Assembly (NCBI GenBank): GCA_002373935.1 | Contig: DFKW01000004.1 | Span: forward strand, 27,704-91,703 | Origin: Alphaproteobacteria bacterium UBA3635 | Lineage (GTDB): Bacteria; Pseudomonadota; Alphaproteobacteria; Rs-D84 | Reading direction: 5' to 3' | Length of the DNA: 64,000 nt | Shown: piece by piece, positions 9,868 to 19,819 of the stretch | How the letters are laid out: each line of letters starts with the position of its first letter | How positions within the stretch are numbered: the first letter of the stretch is position 1 | Notes under the pieces: generated by a model | Database searches by the model: none | What the model was told of the DNA's origin: nothing | Seen by the model: only the letters and a program-made list of their open reading frames with translations | Translations under genes and position numbers: made by a program

Positions 9868-11127
9868 TTGATGAAAAAATTTGCATTTATTTTTGCGTGT
9901 TTGTTTATGCTGGCGGGGTGTGCGGGCGTCACATCCACGCGATTGGACAATGTGCGCGCGTCATTTGCAAATAATAATTTCACGGCATCTGCACAACAAT
10001 TTTCATCATCGAACAACATCGCCGAACAAACAGATTTGGAATTGTTGATAACGGGATATGCTCAATTTTTAGACGGCGATTACGCATCCAGTGATGAAAC
10101 ATTTGAAGAATTTAACAAACGAAATATTGATACCACATCGGGCAGTTTTGTGCGTGAGGCAACAAACATAATTGCGGGTCGTATGTCAACACCGTATCGA
10201 CCATATATGATGGATTCTTTGTTTGTGTCGTATTATCAGATTTGGGATGCAATCGGTGAAAACCGGCGCGATGATGTGCGGGTGATTATAAATCAATCAT
10301 ATGCGCGGCAACAAAAAATGTCACGCGAGTATGCCGATTTAGTGCAAAAAAATTCTGCACGCGGGGCGGATGAAAATAATTCTGAATTGATGTCCGAACT
10401 GGACCGGGCGAAATCAACATGGGGCGCGTATCGCGATATTATGAATCCGGCATTGATGTATTTGTCGGGCATTTGGTTTTTGAATGCGGGTGATTTTAGT
10501 GACGCCGAAACTTATTTGAAACGCGCCGCGGGCATGGTGCAAAACAATTCGTTTATCGCATTGGATTTAGATTTGGCGCAAAAAAATACTCGTCCCAAAG
10601 ACACAACATGGATATTTATTGAATCGGGGTTTGCACCACGTTTACGTGAACAAACAATTTCTTTGCCGGTGATAACGGGTGGTGGCATTATTTGGTCATC
10701 AATCGCGATTGCGGTTCCGGAATTTGGACGCAGCAATATTTCTATCCGTGGGGCAAAACCGTTGGCGGATGTGAATGCGATGTTTATGACCGAATTTAAC
10801 GAATACAATGTAAATGACGCACTGCGCGCGTGGGGTGCGGCATCCGCCCGCACGATTGCCCAGGCCGCCGCCTATAATTCAAACAGCAAATATTCCGGTT
10901 TAATCGGGTTGACATCAACAATATTTTCAATCGCCACAACCGATGCCGAGGTTCGTTCGTGGGCAACATTACCCGAAAATATCAGTGTTCTGCGCATGAA
11001 TACAGGCGACTTGATTACCGGTGGTTTTGGTGATATGTTAAATACAGAATTACCAAAATCTGGAAATTATTTGATATATGTGCGATTGACGGGCGGCACC
11101 CCGGTTGTGCATGTGTTCAAAATTTAA
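9868..11127 (+). CDS. Lipoprotein (COG3014-like)
   Basis: Lipobox LAGC; C-terminal AEVRSWATLP motif; sits directly upstream of LpoB-like gene. Confidence 0.7.
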   Translation: MMKKFAFIFACLFMLAGCAGVTSTRLDNVRASFANNNFTASAQQFSSSNNIAEQTDLELLITGYAQFLDGDYASSDETFEEFNKRNIDTTSGSFVREATNIIAGRMSTPYRPYMMDSLFVSYYQIWDAIGENRRDDVRVIINQSYARQQKMSREYADLVQKNSARGADENNSELMSELDRAKSTWGAYRDIMNPALMYLSGIWFLNAGDFSDAETYLKRAAGMVQNNSFIALDLDLAQKNTRPKDTTWIFIESGFAPRLREQTISLPVITGGGIIWSSIAIAVPEFGRSNISIRGAKPLADVNAMFMTEFNEYNVNDALRAWGAASARTIAQAAAYNSNSKYSGLIGLTSTIFSIATTDAEVRSWATLPENISVLRMNTGDLITGGFGDMLNTELPKSGNYLIYVRLTGGTPVVHVFKI

Positions 11128-11146
11128 TTAAACCAAAGGAGAAAAC

Positions 11147-11752
11147 ATGAAAAAATTATTACCGATTGCACTGTGTGCGGTATTGGCCGGGTGCGGTGGG
11201 ACTCGCGTTGTTGATTTGGACAATGCCCGCGATGTTGCAACCATGCAAGATGTTATGGAATTAGAATATCGCGATTGGGAAAAAACCGCGGCAAATATGA
11301 CCGATTCTATGTTGAAAAGTAATGCGTTGACCGGGGTAAAAAAACCGGTGATTGCGGTGGCGAACATTAAAAACGATACTATGCAACGGTTTGATACGGA
11401 TATTTTAATTAAAAAAATCCGCACGACAATTTTGAAATCGGGTCGCGCCCAGATTGCAACAAACTTTACCGGCGAAGACACCACATCAAACAAAATGCGC
11501 AATTTGCGTGGCAATGACGAATATGATGCGGCAACATTTGCGGCAAAAGGAACATTGGTTGCACCAAACATGTCACTGTCGGGAAAAATGTTGCAACGCA
11601 ATTTGAAATTGGAATCCGGGTGGTTTTCATCGGTTGACACACGCGTAGAATATTATCTGCAACTGACATTGACTGATTTGAAAACAGGCCTTGCCGTATG
11701 GGAAGACGAACAGCCGATTGTCAAAGAAGGCACACATGCCCCAACATGGTAA
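11147..11752 (+). CDS. lpoB: Penicillin-binding protein activator LpoB-like lipoprotein
   Basis: Lipobox LAGC; IKNDT, YYLQLTLTDLKTGLAVWEDE motifs. Confidence 0.8.
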   Translation: MKKLLPIALCAVLAGCGGTRVVDLDNARDVATMQDVMELEYRDWEKTAANMTDSMLKSNALTGVKKPVIAVANIKNDTMQRFDTDILIKKIRTTILKSGRAQIATNFTGEDTTSNKMRNLRGNDEYDAATFAAKGTLVAPNMSLSGKMLQRNLKLESGWFSSVDTRVEYYLQLTLTDLKTGLAVWEDEQPIVKEGTHAPTW

Positions 11753-11790
11753 TCCGTCTCTGCGTCCCGCAGAGCCGCGATATATCAAAC

Positions 11791-11825
11791 AAAAAACACC
11801 GGCAAACACCGGTGTATTTTTTTTT
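11791..11825. terminator. Bidirectional terminator, CACCGG-AAAC-ACCGGTG family
   Basis: A-tract, CACCGGCAAACACCGGTG, T-tract between convergent genes. Confidence 0.75.
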
Positions 11826-12420
11826 ACAGCAAGCACGCTAGCGTTGCGCCGGCGTTTTTCAACATAAACCATCCCGGTCTGTAATCACTGATATAAATAG
11901 TCATAATAAATACAGCCAAGATTCCAATTACAATCATAACATTTATGCGGTTGCCGCGCATGCAATAAACCGATATACAATACAGCATATACAACACCCA
12001 CGCATCGACAAAGATACTAATCACCCATATTGACCAACAATTAAATGCGCAAGAATTTAACAGCAATATCGCCGGATACATGAAAAACACGGATGCCAGA
12101 CCCTTAATCGCGATTTCCCAATCGCGTTCACCACCCGTGATTTCGGATATCAACATCAACAATCCACCCATCACAAACAGCAACGCCACCGCCAACACCG
12201 GCACAATTATCAACGCGGTAAACACCGATGTAATTGTCACCGTCGCGCCACCAATCAATCGAAATGCCAATACCAGCACCCCACCAATCAAACCATAGAT
12301 AAACGCGCGCAACATGGATTCTTCCAAATCACCATCGGCAACGATTTTTTTGAAAAAACTTTTGGGGTTTAATACCGCATCGCGAATATTTGTGAAAAAT
12401 TTTTTTGTTTTGTAATGCAT
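11824..12420 (-). CDS. YIP1-family integral membrane protein
   Basis: VLNPKSFF motif followed by ~5 hydrophobic segments. Confidence 0.65.
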   Translation of the reverse strand: MHYKTKKFFTNIRDAVLNPKSFFKKIVADGDLEESMLRAFIYGLIGGVLVLAFRLIGGATVTITSVFTALIIVPVLAVALLFVMGGLLMLISEITGGERDWEIAIKGLASVFFMYPAILLLNSCAFNCWSIWVISIFVDAWVLYMLYCISVYCMRGNRINVMIVIGILAVFIMTIYISDYRPGWFMLKNAGATLACLL

Positions 12421-12490
12421 ATTTACCTCCCCTGGGATTTGCTTATTTATATTTTTGCTTTATAATTATAAAAAATCAATGGAAAAAAAC

Positions 12491-13828
12491 ATGATGAAAG
12501 TTATAATCACGGGTCGTCCAAACACGGGCAAATCAACATTATTTAACGCGCTGACAGGGTCGCGCGACGCGATTGTGCATGACCGTCCGGGTGTCACGCG
12601 CGATGTTGTTGGTGGACGCTTTCATGACCGACCGTATGAATTATTTGATACCGCCGGATTGGAAAATGCAAAAAATGGTATTGCATTGGATTCGACAAAT
12701 ATGGCGTTAAATGCCATCGCGACGGCGGACGCGGTTTTGTTCATGGTTGATGGACGCGTGGGTTTGACCGCCGCGGATATTAGTTGGGCAAAATTGATTC
12801 ATCGCAAAACAAAATCGCCAATATTGTTGTTGGTGAATAAATCTGAATCTGCAAAAAGATTGGGCGATGTGAACGAATTTTATAAACTGGGGTGTGGCGC
12901 GCCACACATGATTTCGGCGGAACATAAACGCGGAATTGATGATATTTATGAATTTTTGGATAAAATCGCCGCGGACAAAAATATCAATATCGATGCAGAT
13001 GTGACGGATTTGGACCCACGCATTAAAATCGCGGTTTTGGGTCAACCAAATGTTGGAAAATCTACATTTGTAAATCGCGTGTTGGGGGAACGGCGTCAAA
13101 TTGTGATGGATGCGCCCGGCATTACGCGCGACACGGTTAAAATACCAACGCATTTTTATGGTCGCGACATTGTGTTGATGGACACCGCCGGTTTGCGGCG
13201 AAAATCGGGCGTGACCGACGATGTTGAAACATTGTCTGCATTAAAGGCATTGGACGCGATTGAAAAATCGGATGTTGTGATATTGGTTGTGGACGCAACA
13301 AAAAATATCGAGAACCAGGCACTGGGTATCGCGGCGCGTGTGTATGACGCGGGAAAAATTTTATGTGTTGCGTTGAATAAATGGGATTTAATTGAACCAG
13401 AGATTCGGGACGAAAAATTACTGAAATTAAAACATCAGTTTTCAAATTCTTTTCATCAAATTATCAAACCGTTAATTTTGGCGATGTCGGCGGAACGCGG
13501 CACGGGTGTTCAAAATATGTTCAAACGAATTTATGAACAATACGATATTGCATCCGCCCCGGTCCCAACCAGTTTGTTAAACCGGATTGTTGAAAAATTG
13601 GTAGAACAACGCCAGCCACCCATGTCGCGATTAAAACGCGCGATGAAAATCAAATTTGCGCGCCAGGTTGGTCGTTATCCAATGCGTGTGCGCATAAATG
13701 TTGGTGGCGCGTCCGATATACCGGAATCTTATACACGGTATTTGCGGCGCGGGATTGCGACGGCGTTGCACTGGGAACACTTACCGATTGTGATTGAATA
13801 TGAAAAGGCGGAAAATCCGTTTGATTGA
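12491..13828 (+). CDS. der: Ribosome biogenesis GTPase Der (EngA)
   Basis: Two GTPase domains (GRPNTGKS/DTAG/NKSE and GQPNVGKS/DTAG/NKWD); start could also be 12479. Confidence 0.96.
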   Translation: MMKVIITGRPNTGKSTLFNALTGSRDAIVHDRPGVTRDVVGGRFHDRPYELFDTAGLENAKNGIALDSTNMALNAIATADAVLFMVDGRVGLTAADISWAKLIHRKTKSPILLLVNKSESAKRLGDVNEFYKLGCGAPHMISAEHKRGIDDIYEFLDKIAADKNINIDADVTDLDPRIKIAVLGQPNVGKSTFVNRVLGERRQIVMDAPGITRDTVKIPTHFYGRDIVLMDTAGLRRKSGVTDDVETLSALKALDAIEKSDVVILVVDATKNIENQALGIAARVYDAGKILCVALNKWDLIEPEIRDEKLLKLKHQFSNSFHQIIKPLILAMSAERGTGVQNMFKRIYEQYDIASAPVPTSLLNRIVEKLVEQRQPPMSRLKRAMKIKFARQVGRYPMRVRINVGGASDIPESYTRYLRRGIATALHWEHLPIVIEYEKAENPFD

Positions 13829-13863
13829 TATAGAAAAATCTATATCAATTCGTCTATCCGTCT

Positions 13864-13897
13864 AAAAAAAACACCGGTGTTTATCGGTGTTTTTTTT
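13864..13897. terminator. Bidirectional terminator, same repeat family
   Basis: AAAAAAAACACCGGTGTTTATCGGTGTTTTTTTT. Confidence 0.75.
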
Positions 13898-13934
13898 GAC
13901 CCCCGCAAAATTCAAACAGAATTTTGTATAAAAC

Positions 13935-14234
13935 CTAGAACGGTAAATTGACGCCATTTGTTGCGTCAGCCATCGTTTTGTCGATTATGGTATCTGCCTT
14001 GGCCTTGGCATCAATAAACGCGTCACGGACGATTTTTGACAGGTTTTCAGCCCCATTTTTCATCGCCGCATCCGATATAATAACATCCACCACATCATAT
14101 TTCGCCGTCATATCGATGATAACCGCACCATTTCCGGCGATACCTTTGACATTTATTTTGCCTAAATTATCCTGGGCGGCGGCAACACGCGATTGCAGTT
14201 CGCGCGCCTGGGCCATCATTGCATCTAAATCCAT
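13935..14234 (-). CDS. YbaB/EbfC nucleoid-associated protein
   Basis: MMAQARELQ...VKGIAGNGAV...DAFIDAKAKAD; typical size. Confidence 0.88.
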   Translation of the reverse strand: MDLDAMMAQARELQSRVAAAQDNLGKINVKGIAGNGAVIIDMTAKYDVVDVIISDAAMKNGAENLSKIVRDAFIDAKAKADTIIDKTMADATNGVNLPF

Positions 14235-14316
14235 TATTTTGTCCTTTGTTTTTTTATATATGTTTTTTTATATAAAACTCCAAAAACAAAGCCCACCGGG
14301 GTGGGCTTAGGTTTCT

Positions 14317-16524
14317 TTATTTTGCCGGCTTTTTGATTTCTTCACCTGTTTCTTGGTCAATGCCCTTCATACTCAGGTGAGTTTTGCCGCGTTCGTCCGT
14401 ACCGTCAAACCGGACCCAAACGCTATCGCCCTCTTTCAAATTGGCATCTTCAATTTTTTTCAGATGCTTTCCGGTAATATCGGAAATATGCACCATCGAT
14501 TCATTATTACCCATGAATTTCACGAAAATACCAAAGTTTTTCACACCACTGACAACACCGCGGTATATTTTGCCGGCCTCGGGTTCGGCGACAATTTCCT
14601 TGATACGCGCCATTGCGGCATCGGCATCTTCGGATGTTGTTGCCAAAATTTTGACCGTGCCGTCATCATCCAAATCGATGGTTGTGTTTGTATCACGAAC
14701 CAATGCCTGGATAACAACACCGCCCTTGCCAATAACATCGCGGATTTTTTCAGGATTGATTTGCATTGTGTAAACCTGGGGTGCGAATTCAGACACATTT
14801 TCACGTGGCGCCGCAATCGCATTTTCGATTTTACCCAAAATGTGCATACGACCGTCGCGTGCCTGGGCCAATGCATGTTTCATAATATCAAAAGTAATTG
14901 ATGTAATTTTGATATCCATTTGCAACGCGGTGATACCGTCCTTGGTTCCGGTGACCTTGAAATCCATATCGCCCAAGTGGTCTTCGTCGCCCAAAATATC
15001 GGTCAAAATGGCGTAATCATCACCCTCTTTGATTAAACCCATGGCGATACCGGCAACCGGGCGGGTAAGAGGCACACCACCATCCATCATCGCCAATGTT
15101 GCACCACATGTTGTCGCCATAGATGACGAACCATTTGATTCCAAAATATCGGAACATACGCGCACAACATAATCAAACTTTTCGCGCGATGGCATCATTG
15201 GGTGCAACGCACGCCATGCCAAATTACCATGTCCCAATTCACGACGACCGGGGGATTTCAGACCCTTGGCCTCGCCCACGGAATAACCCGGGAAATTATA
15301 GTTCAAAATGAAATCGCGTTCATCGGAACCATCCAAAGATTCAATTGGCAATGCGTCTTTGCCGCCACCCAATGTCATGGACACCAATGCCTGGGTTTCA
15401 CCACGTGTGAATAATGCAGACCCGTGTGCACGCGGTAATACACCCAATTCAATTTCAATCGGACGCACGGTTTTTGTATCGCGGCCATCAATACGCGGTT
15501 TGCCCGCCAAAATGTTGCCACGCATAATGCGCGCCGTCAAAGATTCCACAATTTCATCCGCCCATGATTCCAATGTTGATGTTGCGGTTGTGGTTTCCGG
15601 AAACAATTCCGGTATGCGCGATTTTGCCGCACTGTGAATTTCCGCCAATGTTTCCAAACGATGCAGTTTTTCTTTAATCAATAACGCATCCGTGATTTGT
15701 TTTTCAAATGACGCAAAATCTTTTTCCATGGCGATATATTCGTCAGAATGTGTCGGTATTTCCCAACGTTCTTTGCCGGCTTTTTTCACCAATTCATTGA
15801 TTGCATCAATAACCGTTTGTTGCGCGTCAAAACCAAATTTAACCGCGCCCAGGGTTGTTTCTTCGTCCAATTCACCGATTTCAGATTCAACCATCAATAC
15901 GCCGTCTTTGGTCGCAGCCACAACCAAATCCATTTCAGAACGCATATCAACATCGCGACGCGATGGATTCAAAACATATTGCCCATCAATGTATCCGACA
16001 CGTGCCGCACCAATTGGGCCGGCAAACGGAACACCCGACAACGCCAACGCCGCAGATGACGCAATCATCGCCAAAATATCAGGTTGGTTTTTACGGTCAT
16101 ATGAAAATACCTGGGCAATAATTTGCACTTTGTTTTTGAAAGTATCCGGGAATAACGGACGAATTGGGCGGTCAATCAAACGCGCGGTCAATGTCTCGGC
16201 GGTTGATGGTTTGCCCTCGCGACGGTCACGGGAACCCGGGATACGGCCAGACGACGCGAATTTTTCCTGGTAATCAACGGTCAATGGAAAGAAATCTTGA
16301 CCTTCGACCGCACTTTTTTCCGCGCATACGGTTGCCAAAACCATTGTGCCACCCATTGTCGCCAAAACCGCACCGTTGGCCTGTTTTGCCATACGACCGG
16401 TTTCCAGGCGCAATGTTTCATCACCATATTTAATTTCAACGGCAACCGGGTGATTTAACGGATGTGCCGCCACATTTTCTTTGTCATTTTTGTCAAATAA
16501 ACCAAATAACATATTTTTCTCCAT
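14317..16524 (-). CDS. pnp: Polyribonucleotide nucleotidyltransferase
   Basis: ETGRMAKQANGA, FFPLTVDY, FTRGETQ, ESNGSSSM, GDMDFKV, KH and S1 domains. Confidence 0.98.
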   Translation of the reverse strand: MEKNMLFGLFDKNDKENVAAHPLNHPVAVEIKYGDETLRLETGRMAKQANGAVLATMGGTMVLATVCAEKSAVEGQDFFPLTVDYQEKFASSGRIPGSRDRREGKPSTAETLTARLIDRPIRPLFPDTFKNKVQIIAQVFSYDRKNQPDILAMIASSAALALSGVPFAGPIGAARVGYIDGQYVLNPSRRDVDMRSEMDLVVAATKDGVLMVESEIGELDEETTLGAVKFGFDAQQTVIDAINELVKKAGKERWEIPTHSDEYIAMEKDFASFEKQITDALLIKEKLHRLETLAEIHSAAKSRIPELFPETTTATSTLESWADEIVESLTARIMRGNILAGKPRIDGRDTKTVRPIEIELGVLPRAHGSALFTRGETQALVSMTLGGGKDALPIESLDGSDERDFILNYNFPGYSVGEAKGLKSPGRRELGHGNLAWRALHPMMPSREKFDYVVRVCSDILESNGSSSMATTCGATLAMMDGGVPLTRPVAGIAMGLIKEGDDYAILTDILGDEDHLGDMDFKVTGTKDGITALQMDIKITSITFDIMKHALAQARDGRMHILGKIENAIAAPRENVSEFAPQVYTMQINPEKIRDVIGKGGVVIQALVRDTNTTIDLDDDGTVKILATTSEDADAAMARIKEIVAEPEAGKIYRGVVSGVKNFGIFVKFMGNNESMVHISDITGKHLKKIEDANLKEGDSVWVRFDGTDERGKTHLSMKGIDQETGEEIKKPAK

Positions 16525-16546
16525 TTTTAGTTTTTTTTCAGATTTT

Positions 16547-16668
16547 GCGGAGAAAAATCATTCGTTTTTACACTCTGGGAATACGCATTTTTGTGAATAA
16601 AAGTGCAAAAATGAATAATTACCCTCCGCGGTTGGGAATATTATAAATACAAAAATCCCCATTTGCAA
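16547..16668 (-). promoter_or_regulatory. pnp promoter and long 5'-UTR stem
   Basis: Minus-strand TTGCAA-17-TATAAT (16668-16640); 27-nt arms at 16547-16573 and 16603-16629 pair at 25/27 positions allowing GU. Confidence 0.7.
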
Positions 16669-16735
16669 ATTTTTATTGAATTCTGGATGTTTTTTTAATA
16701 AAATTGCTGTGCATTGGTGTGTTGCCAGTGTGGGT

Positions 16736-16872
16736 CAAGAAAACCCTTAAAGATATAACTCCGCCACCATGTGGTTGGAGGGTTGCGAATATATTGAATA
16801 AGCGACACTACTTTATATCTTTGTAGTTTTCTTGCCTCCAACCGCGCTTTTTCCGCGGTATTTTTTATTTCA
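16736..16872 (+). promoter_or_regulatory. Structured leader with crossing pairings and terminator-like hairpin
   Basis: CAAGAAAAC..AAAGATATAA pairs with TTATATCTTT..GTTTTCTTG; GGTTGGAGG pairs with CCTCCAACC; CCGCG..CGCGG+T-rich tail. Confidence 0.55.
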
Positions 16873-16883
16873 AAGGAGGAGAG

Positions 16884-17102
16884 ATGTCTATTGTTTTAAT
16901 TGATGCGCGTGCCTATGGACAACAGTTGCGCCGGGCGCGCAAATCATTGCATATGAATAAATCGACCGTGGCGGAAATTTTGAAAATATCGTCGCATGAT
17001 TTGTACTTGTATGAAATTGGGCGATTACCAATTCCGCCGGATTTGCTGTGTGCGTTGCTGCATCGTGGATTGGCGTTGACCGCCGTCAAAACACGCAAAT
17101 GA
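16884..17102 (+). CDS. XRE-type helix-turn-helix protein
   Basis: GQQLRRARKSLHM...VAEILKIS...YEIG; strong AGGAGGAG RBS. Confidence 0.75.
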   Translation: MSIVLIDARAYGQQLRRARKSLHMNKSTVAEILKISSHDLYLYEIGRLPIPPDLLCALLHRGLALTAVKTRK

Positions 17103-17253
17103 ACACCCCGATTATATTCCCGGCATTTTTGATTTAATTTTTGCCGGGAAATTTATTTTTTCCCGGCTTTTTTAATTTCTTTTTTGCCGGCATTTTTTAT
17201 AAAAAACATTAAAAAAAGCCGGCAAATGCCGGCAAAAATATATTTTTTCAATT

Positions 17254-18132
17254 TTATTTAGTTAATTTATCAACCAATTCTTGCATTTCAATACGCGTTG
17301 CAAATTTTAACACAATCTGCCCTGCCCCGCCACGGCGTTCCACCAATTTTGCCGGAACATGTAATGATTTTTGAATATCTGATTCAATCTTTTTTACATC
17401 CGCCGCCGCAATCGTTTTTGACACATATTCACGGGATTTGCCGGCACGACGAACATTTTTTACGGCAACCGCAGCATCCGCCACCGACATTTTTTTCGCA
17501 ACAATTTCGTTTGCCAATTCGGTTGGGTTTTCCGCCACCGCAATTGTGCGCGCGTGAGATGCCGATATTTCACCACGCGACACCATTTCACGCACGGCAT
17601 CCGGCAAATCAATCAGGCGCATAGAGTTGCGAATATAACTGTCCGATTTGCCGATTAAACGCGATACATCCGCCATATCATAACCGCATTTATCAATCAG
17701 ATTTTTGTACGCGGCGGCCTCTTCAATCGGGTCCAAATTTTCGCGTTGCACGTTTTCAATCAACGCAATTTCCATCGCGTTATTATCATCTAGTTTTTTT
17801 ACAACCGCCGGAATTTCCGTCAGTCCCGCCAATTTAGACGCACGAAAACGGCGTTCGCCCGCCACAATCTCATAATTGTATGGCCGCCCCATTACCGCAC
17901 GCAATAAAATCGGTTGCAAAACACCCTTTTCACGAATAGATGCCGCCAAATCGTTCAATTCGGCGTCTTTGAAAGTTTTGCGCGGCTGGTCCGGGTTGGC
18001 ACCAATTTGCGCCAATGGAATTTGTTTGATAACCACGCGTTCGCCACCGGTTAAAATCGATATATCCGGTATCGCACCCATACCCGCCTGGATATCCGCC
18101 AGACCACGTCCCAATCCAAATTTTGATGCCAT
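17254..18132 (-). CDS. parB: Chromosome partitioning protein ParB
   Basis: NPDQPRKTF, GVLQPILL, VAGERRFRA, ALIENVQRENL. Confidence 0.96.
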   Translation of the reverse strand: MASKFGLGRGLADIQAGMGAIPDISILTGGERVVIKQIPLAQIGANPDQPRKTFKDAELNDLAASIREKGVLQPILLRAVMGRPYNYEIVAGERRFRASKLAGLTEIPAVVKKLDDNNAMEIALIENVQRENLDPIEEAAAYKNLIDKCGYDMADVSRLIGKSDSYIRNSMRLIDLPDAVREMVSRGEISASHARTIAVAENPTELANEIVAKKMSVADAAVAVKNVRRAGKSREYVSKTIAAADVKKIESDIQKSLHVPAKLVERRGGAGQIVLKFATRIEMQELVDKLTK

Positions 18133-18137
18133 TTTTG

Positions 18138-18911
18138 TTATTCCCCCTGCTCTAGTTTATTAACAATTTCGGTCGCAACGCGCAAATAACTCTGTGCGCC
18201 GGCCGAATTAAAATCATAAAACAACGCCGGTTTGCCATGGCTGGGTGCCTCGGCCACACGGACATTACGCGGAATCACCGTTTTGAATACCGCATCACCA
18301 AAAGTTTTGCGCACATCGTTTTCAACATCACGCGTCATAGAATACCGTTTATCATACATCGTCAACAACACACCTAAAATATGCAGTTTTGGATTCCATT
18401 TCTGTTGTACAATATTGATAGTACTGACCAATTGACGAATACCCTCCAGTGCAAAAAATTCGCACTGTAGTGGGATTATAACACTGTCGGCGGCATTTAA
18501 CGCATTTAATGTCAAATGTCCCAATGCCGGCGGACAATCCAGTAAAATAAAATCATAATAATCCAATACCGGTGTCAATGCGTCGCGCAAACGATACTCG
18601 CGATTTTCCACATCCAACAAATCAACCTCGGCCCCGGCAAGTTCAATACCGGATGGCAACAAGTGTAAATTTGGCACCGCCGTTGTTAAAATATTATCGG
18701 CGATATTGTCCGTTCCCATAATAACACCGTAAACACTTTGCGAATGCTGGGCCCGAACAAAACCCAACCCCGTCCCGGCATTACCCTGTTGATCCAAATC
18801 AACCAACAGCACACGTTTTTTAATTGCCGCCAATGACGCACCAATATTTATTGCCGTTGTGGTTTTACCCACCCCGCCCTTTTGATTTGCAAATGCGATT
18901 ATTTTAGCCAT
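18138..18911 (-). CDS. parA: Chromosome partitioning ATPase ParA
   Basis: NQKGGVGKTT, DCPPALG, PLQCEFFALEG, IPRNVRVAEAPSHG. Confidence 0.97.
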   Translation of the reverse strand: MAKIIAFANQKGGVGKTTTAINIGASLAAIKKRVLLVDLDQQGNAGTGLGFVRAQHSQSVYGVIMGTDNIADNILTTAVPNLHLLPSGIELAGAEVDLLDVENREYRLRDALTPVLDYYDFILLDCPPALGHLTLNALNAADSVIIPLQCEFFALEGIRQLVSTINIVQQKWNPKLHILGVLLTMYDKRYSMTRDVENDVRKTFGDAVFKTVIPRNVRVAEAPSHGKPALFYDFNSAGAQSYLRVATEIVNKLEQGE

Positions 18912-19019
18912 AAAATTTCACTTCCTTTTTTCGGTTTTGATGATTGGCAATTTTCCCGATTCGGTCAAGCAATATAAAAATTAAATATAAATTACGCGTA
19001 AATTCAACAAATTAAAACC

Positions 19020-19154
19020 AATTTCACATGAAACAAACATATTTTATAAAAAATCACTCTGCCCGGCTTTTTTGTTATTTTTTATCAAAAAGACCGGTAA
19101 AGCCGGTCTTTTTGAATATTTTTATCGTTTTTGCCGGGAATTTCATATGAAATT
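19020..19154. promoter_or_regulatory. Two parS-like palindromes upstream of parA
   Basis: AATTTCACATGAAACA (19020-19035) and perfect palindrome AATTTCATATGAAATT (19139-19154); consensus parS is TGTTTCACGTGAAACA. Confidence 0.55.
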
Positions 19155-19229
19155 ACACACAATCATTTGATTATATTGTGTTTTTTGATTTTTTGTAAAA
19201 AAAATTCCCGGCATTTTTGATAAAAAACA

Positions 19230-19793
19230 TTAAATTGGCCGGTAATTTTTAACATTTATTATAAAACCATCGCCGGTTTTCGAACGATATAATTCAAAAT
19301 CAAAGTTATATTTTTGTTTAGCCGCGTTGATCTCTTCCCGAACATGCGCGCCCTTTAATAAAAACAATTCGTTTTTGCGGCCGCGAACATAATCCAAAAT
19401 TCGCAACAGTGGCGCAAACGCACGCGCGGTAAAAACCGTTTTTTTGCCCCGCCCCATTGTTGCAATATAATCTTCGACACGGCCATGATATATCGTTAAA
19501 TTATCCAAATTTAATTGGGTTTTAACCGCGGTCAAGAAAGATACTTTTTTTGCAATTGATTCAATACATGTGACGCGCCGCCCCAATATTGCCAAAACAA
19601 CGCCCGGAAATCCCGCCCCAGACCCCAAATCGATTATATCCGCATCGTCGGGCAAATATTCCAACAATTGCGCCGAATCGGCAAAATGACGATTTTCAAT
19701 ATCGGCCAAAGTGCTGGGCGCGACCAAATTCATACGCGTTGACCAATCGCACAATAAAATTTTATATGTTTCAAATTTGTCTTTGTTTTCCAT
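19230..19793 (-). CDS. rsmG: 16S rRNA m7G527 methyltransferase (GidB)
   Basis: MNLVA, RHFADS, DLGSGAGFPG, TARAFAPL; upstream of parAB. Confidence 0.95.
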   Translation of the reverse strand: MENKDKFETYKILLCDWSTRMNLVAPSTLADIENRHFADSAQLLEYLPDDADIIDLGSGAGFPGVVLAILGRRVTCIESIAKKVSFLTAVKTQLNLDNLTIYHGRVEDYIATMGRGKKTVFTARAFAPLLRILDYVRGRKNELFLLKGAHVREEINAAKQKYNFDFELYRSKTGDGFIINVKNYRPI

Positions 19794-19819
19794 AAAAATT
19801 ATTTTATCATATAAAAATC

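Noticed and set aside
7591-12420. Integrative conjugative element around virD4
   Set aside because: There is no integrase, relaxase, att repeat or compositional shift.
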